Made by a program: the position numbers and the translations under genes | The notes under the pieces: model-generated | The model's database searches: none | Seen by the model: only the letters and a program-made list of their open reading frames with translations | What the model was told of the DNA's origin: nothing | Shown: positions 47,190 to 58,200 of the stretch, piece by piece | Layout: the number at the start of each line of letters is the position of its first letter | Numbering within the stretch: position 1 is the stretch's first letter | DNA from: Aplysia californica | Lineage: Eukaryota | NCBI RefSeq assembly: GCF_000002075.1 | Contig: NW_004797484.1 | Coordinates: forward strand, 394,101 to 458,100 | Reading direction: 5' to 3' | Length of the DNA: 64,000 bases

Positions 47190-50100
47190 CAGTGGAACTC
47201 GGATTCAACGAGAAGAGATAGATTCCCCGTGGGTTTTTTCTTCTTTAAAATCAATTTTTAAAATTTTAAAATAACCCGGATTCAACGAGCACTCTTAAAT
47301 CAGTGAGCTCGGATTCAACGAGGTCGCTTCCAGGGTGAATAGCCCAAGCAGACGTGGCTTCACTCATTTTTTTCACAGAAAGAACTTTATTCCAGGAAAC
47401 CATCCATTGCACCTGCATCGTGAACCTTTGGCATTATTCACTTAGCCGAGGGCATGCGACCAATCAGCGGCCTTTTTCAATACCAACACATGCATTGTTG
47501 GCACGTGCACGTGTCTACTCTGGTGTGTGTCGAGGACGGATGAGCGACTTGCACTCTAGCGGTCCGGGCGTTGAACGTCGAAGATACAGACGCGCCAGTC
47601 TTTTTTATTCCCCTAGGCAACTGATCATTGCATGTACTACAATGATAAGCTAGTCTTGACGTAGATCTACGTAATGAATAGTGCGCTGGTCTATGGAATC
47701 AAAAGTTGCCGTATGCTAGGCTCTACACAGCAACACAACTTTTTGGTAAACAATCGAGATGACAGAGGCGTGTGTATTTGAACGAATCGGTCTTTTTTTC
47801 ACACAGCTCATAATATGCAGGCATTTCAGGCACTACTTACTTGTGACTTCTCTTTATACATTACTTGCTCAGTACCTGTAATCTGTCCTCAGAGAAAGTT
47901 GCATTTGAAAATAGCAAAAGTTGCAAGAAAAATCAACAAAAGTTGCAAGAAAAGTTGCAAGACGTGTATAGCTAAAATCTTATGGAATTATTGGAATACA
48001 TTGTGTGTATGCCCATTGCAATCAAAGTAACCTACCTGAGTTTTGTTAGATCAAAATCAAAAGTTAAATGTGAATGTCTACCGTACCAAAAAAAAAACCC
48101 AACTGCACGGAGGTTGCATAGTTTACTTGTGTCAGGTCCTTAAACTTAAACTCTCGCTGACGTTGGGCAGGTGTGACCAGTGTGGTTTTGGGGCTGTTCA
48201 AATATAATCGTACACCTTTTGGGGGGTTTTGCCCCCCCCCCCTCCCCCACTATTATTTGAAAATTCCCAAAATTTCACCGTCCCCCCCCCCCCCCCTCTT
48301 TCTTTTACACTAGTCAAGACACCCCCCCCCCCCCTTTCAGGCCTTTTCCAGGCGTAACATTATTATATTCAAAACCGGAAGACTCTTTTTCTTTTGAATC
48401 TTCACAATGAGTGCACATCCTGTTGACTGCTGTCACACCCACTTTGCAGCATGAGATACAACCATCACGTTAAGGTAAGTTCGATACGACCGTCACGTTT
48501 GACATGGTATATTTTGCAAATTAAGAATATAAATGGTATCATAGTCGTCTTAAGACAATTTACTCAATCTCTTTTAACAATACCGTCACTGCGAACACAG
48601 AAAGGGCACAGTGCTTTCCATAGAAGTGGAAATCATGACAAAGAGGTGACCAAGTGATGACAAAGTGGAAATGTCACCCCCGATGCAACCACAACAATGA
48701 TGCTTCCTCTACCTCTTTATTACTGTTTCTTTGTTTGTTCAACCCCTCAGTCGGATAATTGTATCATTAGGATTGAATTCAAAATGTTTTTTTATTGTAG
48801 ACAGTGTACAGTTAAGTTGTTTTTGTAAAGAAAACAAAGTCTTCGTTGTGGTTGTAACGTTGTCGGCAGTGTATGACAATTCACTCGTCATTGCGATAAA
48901 ACCATAGCACCCACAAGAAAAAAACATCCTTTTGATAAAATTTCGTTCATTCAAACAGTTTTATTAGATCTACAAGGTTTCATTTTGTAAAGGCTGAAAG
49001 ATAAAATACTGTCTCATACTGAAAGTGCGGTTCTGTTGCAACTGTATCCGTTGCAGCGATGGAGACAATAATATAATTAAGAAAATTATATAAATCCTAT
49101 GGTAAGTGGAACTTAGATTCATTAGATCTAGGTTTATTGCTGCCTGTAGTTATGCTAGATCTATGTAGGTCAATTAAATTAAATACCGTACTTGTGTGAC
49201 TTGTTCACTTTCAAATTTTTACTCACAATACTACAATACTATTGTCATATTTTTTCTGTATATATTTGCAGGAGACGTAAACTTTTACATGCAATAAAAC
49301 CCTGCAGAAACTTCATGGGATTTGTATGAGTTGTCCTCTTTCAAAACAAGATGGATTTGAATTTATGAAATCGTTTAAAATTCACGGTAACAGTAATTCT
49401 GTGTTAAATTTTAAATGGCTTTTGTGTCAAACAGTCTGCTGTAATTCTTTTTCCTCAGTGATGAAGTGGAAACTAAACAAACACACTTTTTTTGTTTTGA
49501 AATGCAACCAGTAATAAAAATAGTTCAGTTGTGTAAAATTCTGAACATTTTGATAATATGGATATGCAGAGTTTAAATTTTATAAGTGTCGTGGTCTATT
49601 TTTCTCGTACGACAGTCTTACATCCCAATGTACGCTATGCTAAGGAGTTTTACGGTGGCATTCTGTGTCACAGAGTTGAGATGACATTTCACCATTGAAC
49701 TGTCAATTTACAGAGGATTTGCACTTAAATGAGCAGATTTTTCATGAATCTAGTGTGACTATGAGATGGGCAGAGTCCTTTTTCTTTTGGATCTAATCCG
49801 AAAGTTATCTGATCCTTTGTTTCAGAAGAGAATGGCATTGACAGTACACCTAGATCTACTTTCTAATCATGAAAACGGCAAGTAGAAGTGTTTTACAGGA
49901 ATGTCGCAATTGTTTGCTGCAACTAATGTTTTGAAGTGTACAGTCGCTTCAGTTTATCCTGATTTTGGATGGTCTTATCTTTCAGTCACTGCAAAATACA
50001 AGGATCAGACCAAGAGAGAGCAAAGAATCTTGAAATCGGATCGCCATCATTTTGAGCTCCATCGTGTGAGAAAACATGTCTTAGTGCCACTGGGTTGCTT

Positions 50101-52035
50101 ATCACATGGTGCCTCTTACTCTAATTACTCTACTGTAAGACTCTAAGACCAATGACTGACTTTTCATTCAACTGTTAGATTTGATAATACCCACCCGACT
50201 ATCACCCAGAACAGAAAACTGCTAAATGCACCGATTTGTCTTTCTTTGTGTACAGACTGGTACTACTGATATTTTATGCTGACCCACCCAGTCTCAGTGC
50301 ACAGAGTACTGAGGATACCCAAAACAGAGTAAACATTAGGTTTACTTTCCGAATTGCGCTTTTCTTTTTGTTCAGTATTTAACGTCATATTACTCAATTT
50401 TGTAATATAATAAATTGCATTCTTACTGTTTGTTTTTCACATTTTAGTAAAATAATAGACATATTATCAACTTGCTTTTCATCATGTATTTATCAAACAT
50501 GCATTTTATTTTAACTGGTGTCTGTGGTGCAGCGGTTAGGCACATCTAAACTGAGTTAACGTGGACGTAAAATAAAATAAAAACCCACCTACATTTTATT
50601 TTTTCCCTCAGATGAAATAATATTCTATTAAACATGTGCATTTGAAGGCCTGAAATGGATTTGTAGTCTTCTTGAACATGTGCCTGTGAAAAGTATCCAT
50701 ATTGTATGACGACACGATACACCCGAAACAGATGACAAGATACAACCGCAACAATGTAAACAGGCTACTGGCTTACTTTTCAGACATTTTGGCTTTCTTT
50801 CTGTTCAATACGACTGTAATTATAGTGCTTAAGCTAATAAAATACATTCTGGATGTCTGCTTTCCGTATTTTAGTAATAATAAAAACATCACCGTACTGG
50901 TCTTGTGGTGTTTCTTCGCGCAACACGGATTGGCCTAAATAAAAAAATTTCCTCTCAAAGTTTTTGAATTGTCTGCTTGTCATTTTGTCACATGCATGTG
51001 TGTGGTGTTTTAAGTAAAAATTTAGACTATTTCTGTGAAAATTGCAGCTACTATAGGTTGTTTCATGTTGTGCAGAGATACAACCGCAACAAGATGACAG
51101 GGCTCAGAAAACATCATTTGCAAGTAAAACCGTTGAGAAAGTTATCTTGCCAACACAATTTCATGCAAAGGAAGAACCCTGGGTTTCCTTTAAAATTATT
51201 TACAAGCTGAAATATGAGTGTTTAAAATTTGGTGTATTGCTACTTAGGAAGTGGTGACCTTTTGGCAATGGCTCTTATTTGAACGACCCCTTTAGGGGTT
51301 TTCTGGATGAATCGATCCATGTCTAGATCTAGCCTCCTGGCCTAAGACTAAGTCTTTCACAAATTTTTATACTAGATCTATCTACCTGGTGCTACGGAAC
51401 CAAGCAAGCTAAGTAATCAGACGATCGTGTTTACGACCCTTGAGTTTACTCTATAGACATCTAGATCTACAGCCTAGATTTAGCAAGATCTAGAAGAAGT
51501 AGAAGATGATTCAGTCCAAACAGGACTATTGCGGAGGTCAGGTCGGGACGGGTCGGTTTGCTCGACAGACTGATGGCGCAAAGTGGCTATCGTGGCACAA
51601 ATCGATCGCGCCCGACTCGTGAGTCGTTACCTCAAAAAAACAAACGCGGCGTTGTTTTCAGGCAAAGAGTCGGGCGATCATCCCAACCCGATCTCATCCA
51701 CGTAGTGCAAAGTGCAAAAGAAGTGGCAGATCTAATTTCAGGTACGGTACGAATTGTCCCCCTTCTCGTCGCTATTTTTAGTTGAGGAAGAACATTTCAG
51801 TTATTTTTACCGAAATTAAATGATTATTTTTCCAACTTTTGATGAAAATTGCCTAAAATTCGCGAATTCACGAAAATGGCAAAAGTTGCGTGCGCAACTT
51901 GCGGGTTGCGCGCGCGAATTTCTCTGAGGACAGTGTAATTGCCTACACAAAACCTCGTGTTTGCTATAACGAACACTCGGATTCAACGAGATTTTAAGTC
52001 AGGCCCGGCGACCTCGTTGAATCCGAGTTCCACTG
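47190..52035. mobile_element. pogo/Tigger-like (Tc1/mariner superfamily) non-autonomous element, split by a 4-kb insertion
   Basis: ta|cagtggaactcggattcaacgag ... ctcgttgaatccgagttccactg|ta; a solo right end also occurs at ~53290-53383. Confidence 0.85.
47883..51933. mobile_element. 4.05-kb DNA transposon with CTGTCC termini and 6-bp TSD, degraded interior
   Basis: tgtaat|ctgtcctcagagaaa ... tttctctgaggacag|tgtaat; subterminal AAGTTGC repeats at both ends. Confidence 0.82.
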
Positions 52036-52049
52036 TATTATTATTATAT

Positions 52050-52302
52050 GGTCGCTTTTAAGGACAAGCAGGCCAAGCCAGATTTCGGGGGTTTCCAGAA
52101 GTCTTGACCTACACCAAAAGTGGGCATTGCACTACCTTATAAGGAAAAGGGTGTGTGTGTATTTTTATATTTTGTTGTTGTTATAGAGAAAACTGTCCTT
52201 GTCTTTTGAAGAAACTGAACAAAAGTAAAAGGCAAAAACTTTACCTTTGATTATCTCAAAACAACATTTTTCGGGATAGCCCCCTTGCGCTTAAAAGCGA
52301 CC
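52050..52302. mobile_element. MITE family E
   Basis: ggtcgcttttaagg ... cttaaaagcgacc. Confidence 0.8.
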
Positions 52303-55168
52303 TTATTACCTGTACTATGACTATGGCTGGGTGTGGTGTGGGCTCACCCAGCCCAGTGAGCATTAGTTCTGCTTTTATTACATGTACCTGCTTGTATCAA
52401 AGGTGAGCCTGGTCCGTCTGTTTGCTTCCCACGAAGTGGAGATTGTTTCAGATTGCTTTCATTCACTATCCCTATCAGGTCTGCTGGGGTAATTCGATTG
52501 TAAAGTGCATTTTAAGCAGGCATTTTCACTTTACAAATTTTGTCTATTACATGTATCTTTATCAACTATCAACATTATCCGTTAAGAGAAGGCTTGTTTA
52601 TACAGTACTTAGCTTATTAATCAAGAATGCCCATAATATTAGGAATCCGAAATTACTACCTTGCTTACTCTTTAATAATTAATAACCATGAGCTGTTAAG
52701 AAAAAAAAGAGAATGATGATATAGGATTTGTCTAAATATGACCATCAGTATTAGATTATAAAGGTTTTGCCCATTTTGTCCAATTATCCTTGCAGGTAAA
52801 ATCACCCTGTACTGCACCTCAATAAGCACAAAAAGAATATTTCTGTGACTTTGTAATTTGTAGGTGTTTTGTAGTTGAGTTCTATGTAAAATTCTCAACA
52901 AAATAATGTACATTTGGATCGTACAACTGAGATAGACACTCATGCACACAAACAATAACATTCACACATTACACACACACACTATTACATTTACTCTCTC
53001 TCTCTCTCACCACAACCACACACAAAACAAACACTTACACAACTCTTCTTCTTACCCTTGGTCCACTTTTCATTTAGTATCATCCTCTATTTTGAAATAA
53101 TCCCCCACACTAAGTAAACAGATCAGTAGAATATATCTCGACCTTCCGAATCCATGGTTAGTTCAAGAAATCTACTATATGATGTGGCCTAAATAAGGTA
53201 AGGGAGGGGGGTTTAGCTTATTTGGGCCACAGTGTGGCCTAAATAAGGTCACCCTTACACTTTACTTGCTCAGTGCCCGTAATTATCTACAAAAAACCTC
53301 ATGTTTGCTATAACGAACGAACACTCCGATTCAACGAGATTGTAGGTCAGGCCCGGAGACCTCGTTGAATCCGAGTTCCACTGTATTAACACCGCTTCCC
53401 GTTTGATTCTTCTTGTAACGGTAGCAATGGCAATACACACTGCAGCTGCGCAGTTAAAATCTCCCTTTCTCTCATACAACACAACTGTTGTGAGCTGGAG
53501 CCTGTCCTCTAGCTCCCTCCCCACCCGCTGTCTACTTTGCTTTTTCATATGCTGAGGAATTCAGGCAGCATGCTTTTGACTGTGACAAGTCGCAACCTCA
53601 GAAGGACGAAGTTCTGACATTTTTGGTTATTTTGATTCACTAAGAAGAAGCAGACCAATGAGGTCAGAAACCAAGTGGTCTTTCCGTGCTATCAAAATCG
53701 TAAGATAATTCGGAGTCAATAATCATTAAGACATTCACCATGATTCAAAGAAAATTGCATTTTTAGAAAAATCTCGACATGACAGGAAAAAAATATAATT
53801 TAACGAACATCAGCTTTCTCAAACTAGGTAGGTATACGGTGCAGATAGAACGTTGTAATTCTGAGGTAGCAAAGCCGCCTCTGACCCAGCAGTGCAGTAG
53901 GCCTNNNNNNNNNNNNNNNNNNNNNNNNNNNNNNNNNNNNNNNNNNNNNNNNNNNNNNNNNNNNNNNNNNNNNNNNNNNNNNNNNNNNNNNNNNNNNNNN
54001 NNNNNNNNNNNNNNNNNNNNNNNNNNNNNNNNNNNNNNNNNNNNNNNNNNNNNNNNNNNNNNNNNNNNNNNNNNNNNNNNNGAGAAAGAGAATCACCACC
54101 AAAAACCAGCAGATCACACAGCAGAAGGCAGAATCAGTTTGCTTTGCTTTTGGCAGTCTGGGCTCTTCAATAGCATTAGAACTCCGCCATACTACCGCCA
54201 ACTTCATGCTCGACCCACCAAGGTTGACTACCCATCAAATGAGCACTAGTGGTATACTCAACCTAACCAGACTGCAGGAACAGAAAGCTCTGTCCACGAC
54301 AGTACAGAACTCGGTCACTACTCCAGGGTTCAATCAAGGTCACGAGAGTCAAACGGCATCGCCAGCTGAACAGTGACGGGAAACAATTGTCTCGTTATGA
54401 GCTCCAACAACAGCAGGAAGGCTGAAGTCTAATGATAATTGAAACACCTCATGTAGAGAAATGCTTTTTAGACAGCTTAGCTTCTGCTTGAGTAAAGAGT
54501 TTAGTTTTTAGTTTTAGTAAGCGTTTTACAGCACTTGCAACACAATCAATAAGGTCATATATAAGCGCTGAAGAATAGGTGTTACAAGAGAGTAACAAAC
54601 ACAAAATAGAAGGAGGGGAGATAAGGACGACAGATGTCATAGGAAAGAAGGAGCAAACCCCACTAGAGTACCCGCCAACGACCCACTTGAGCAAAGAGAA
54701 TCATATTGACACAATAATGGTCATATAGTGCAGGGCAGAAGCAAGAAGACAGAAACAGAGTGAAAAATTAGATCGGATGCAGGACCCGCCAGCGCTGTCC
54801 TCCAATTGCTTAGTTTTCAATGTTGGCCATAGTAAAACTAATATAAGCTATGCCAACACATTTCAATGGCATCAAGCTAAAGATTTCTTTCATCTGAAAT
54901 TAAACCACAGTCGCTCAGGGAAGTCTATAAGTATAATACATTGCTGCGAGACAATTTATGACAGATGTCTAATGAGCATCATCGATCCAAGAGGCCCATG
55001 TTTGTCGTAATTTGCTTTCAATAATTGAAACTTTAAATACAGAATTACCACCTGCGCCACCCTTTAGGAAGAATAGGGAAAAGAGAAACACAGAAATTCT
55101 GACTATCCTGGTACATGGTTATTAAAAATTGCCACAAGAATCAAAAGATTGTGTTGTTTTTTTACATA

Positions 55169-55174
55169 TTTATT
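55169..55174 (-). terminator. RPL36A polyadenylation signal AATAAA
   Basis: 13 nt downstream of the stop codon on the minus strand. Confidence 0.7.
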
Positions 55175-55187
55175 TAGGAAGTGCAGT

Positions 55188-55208
55188 CTAGAACATGATC
55201 ATCTGGCC
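55188..55208 (-). CDS. RPL36A: RPL36A exon 5
   Basis: cag|GGC CAG ATG ATC ATG TTC TAG. Confidence 0.88.
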   Translation of the reverse strand, partial: GQMIMF

Positions 55209-58200
55209 CTGTAAAAGAAAGAAAGAAAACAAAATGTCAGTACTGGTACATAGTCAAATTCAAAAGGTCTACACACAGATGAAGAGCTGCAGACAGGAGA
55301 TAAAGACAAGACACAAACAAAAGGTTATCAGTTAATACAGCGGAGCCCATTCAAACTCAACATGCTTGGTTAGAAAAAAATCCTGCCTAAAATGAAGAAA
55401 ATCCAATGGTCTCACAGATTTCGATGCAAACGGGACTCTATTGTACCGGTCATAAACCCACAGACGACCTCCCCCCCCCCAAACCATAGACAAAAATGTG
55501 CACAAAACTATATCCCGCCAAAAATGTTTAGAATCTTTAAAAAAATTTAAAAAAAAACAAAAATAGTTAAAAACCAATTCCTGATACCAACACAAAAATG
55601 CTTTTCATGGAGCAAGAGAAAGCATACCCTCATCTAAATCAAAGAGTCACAATCTCAGACAACGCAATTGTTATTTCCATTATATCTGTTGATTTGGAGC
55701 ATGTTCACTTTTTATTACTGCAACAGTGAAACAAGTGGGCCCATATACATATACAGCAGCACTTGGGTCTTAATTGTTTATGAGTTGATAGTTTTAGTAA
55801 GAGTTTTACGGCACTCGCAACACAATAAGGTCATATAAGCACCGAAGATTAGAAGTGTTACAAGAGAGTAACAAAAACAAAAAAGAAGGAGGGGAGATAG
55901 AGAAGAGAGACTTTTAATAGGAAAGAAGGAGTAAACCGCCAACCAGCCATTGTTATGAGTTTCATGACACTTGCAATGCAAATGGGTCAATTAATATAAG
56001 TGCCAAAGATTAGAGGTGCTACTAGAGAGTAATATACAAAGTAAAGAAGGAGGAGAGATAAGGATGAAAGATGTTTGATAGAAAAGGAGCAAATCAAACC
56101 AGAGCACCCACCAACCACCCACTAGGGACTTTTTGACTGACAAGAAATGCTTCATTACCTTTCTCTTCTTGTCACCTCCCAATTCAAAGTGCTTACACCT
56201 CTTGATGGGCAGCTGCTTTCTGTACTTGCACTCTGTGCACTCCATACGGAGCACAATCTTCCTTGTTGTCTTAGCCTGGGGAAAGCCAAAAAGAACAACT
56301 GGATAAGTCAGAGCAAAGACCAAAGATAAGAGTCCAGTACAAGTCCACTGTAGCAGGAAAAGGCAAAAACCTTCATCGGATAAAATGGACATGACATAAA
56401 GTAATCTGAGTGGGTTTTTAAAAGTCTCTTTCCTTTATATTCATGATTCATGTCTCCTTCACTCTACCAAAGACAACGGTGCAACATGGAAAGAGTAATT
56501 AATTATGCAAACCACCTGATCTTGTTTGTAAAAGTAGAGGTTTTACGGCGCTCGCAACTGCATAAAGTCATATGAGCGGCAGAAGATTAGAGGTGTTACA
56601 AGAGAGTACACAAACATAAAAAAGAAGAAAGGGAGATAAGGACGATAGATCTTTGATAGGAAAGAAAGAGCAAACAACATCAGAGCACCCGCCAACCACC
56701 CACTAAAACCGACTTGCTGTCAATAGTAGATCTTTTCAAACCATGTTGGGAATTTTTAAAAACTAAAATATATATAAAAAGGCAAACAAATCCATTCTAT
56801 TGCTGTTGGCTATATTCACTTGTAACAGACAAGGACACCAACACACCCTCCCAAACTGACACAAAATAATAAAGTAACAGAACACCCGTTCTCCAGCATA
56901 CACTGTCCACCCCTGTTAACGCAAACATTACAAAACAAATATGGGAAGACCTTCAGTCACCTGTCCTACCCCCAGCATTAATCCATGATACCAAATATCA
57001 CCACAAAGCCAACTATTCTGAATGTAAAGCTATAAATAAATTGAGAACTCCTGTCACCAAAGGAAACAGCCAACAGTGACAGGGCCTTATACTTCATAAA
57101 AGATCTCTTGCTTAATTAAAACATAAGTACTTCCCCATTTTCCGTACAACCCAAACCCATACAAAGAAATTGACAAACCTTCTTCCTGAAGACAGGTTTG
57201 GACTGTCCACCGTATCCACTCTGTTTCCGGTCGTAACGCCTTTTTCCTGCAAAAGAATGGAAAGATTTACACAAGCCGAGCAATATTAGAGGAACTGTGA
57301 GATGATGCTAGCAAGAACAGGAACTTGATGTAAAGCAGAGAAAAAAATGTTCAAGAAGACAAGACAAATCTCTACACTGGCACACCCTCATTTTTTTCAT
57401 TTGGTCTACTGACTGTAATTAATACAGAAGTCTGTACATAAGATCCCACCGTTTTAGGAAAACCGAATTTTTATTTCCCTTCCCAGACAGTTGTGTGGCT
57501 CCCCTACAAACTTACAGTTGGTATGAAAACTAAACAGTTTCTTACAACAACAAAAAACCATGCTATTTTCAGAGTCAGAGGCTGCAGCGACAAACTACCA
57601 ACAAAAAAATTCTTGCAGAAGTATGAGGATGTACTGGGGAAAAAAAATATATTTATAAACCATAACCACACAGCAGTCAGACAAAACCATTAACAGTGAA
57701 AATTGGCTGAAGAATAACCTACCTTGAGCATACAGGGATGCTTTTCCAGCCTTGTACTGGGTAACTTTGTGGGTGGTGTGCTTTTTGCACTTTTTAGCCT
57801 TACAGAAGGTCCGGCGTGACTTCGGAACGTTCACCTGTAAAGAAATGACAAACATGAATGAATGGACTCAAAATCTTTACAAGTAACACTAAATTCATTG
57901 AAATTACAAGGCAAGATAAATTGTCATAAAAGTAAAGGTAGTACCGTAGCAGAAGAAATTTATTCAGTAACACCAAATTGTATTTAAATGCTAGAAAAAT
58001 GACAAAAAACCTGCAATAGTATTTGATGATGCCCTATAAAAAAGAAACTTGGTGAGTTGAAAAAATACATGCCTCAATGTCCACCCAACCACCTCTTGTT
58101 TTATTTTCTTTCTTTGCTCACTTAATTATTATTGTATACTATTTTCAATTTTCCTTCTGAGACTGTCCTTGTTTTTGTTGTGGTTTGTTTTTGTGATTTT

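Noticed and set aside
56308-56378. C/D snoRNA in RPL36A intron 3 (CGAUGA...CUGA on the minus strand)
   Set aside because: Imperfect C box, no terminal stem, and only ~30 nt from the 3' splice site
57190-57210. Cycloheximide-resistance substitution in eL42
   Set aside because: The proline (GGQSKP) equivalent to yeast P56 is retained, which is the ordinary state
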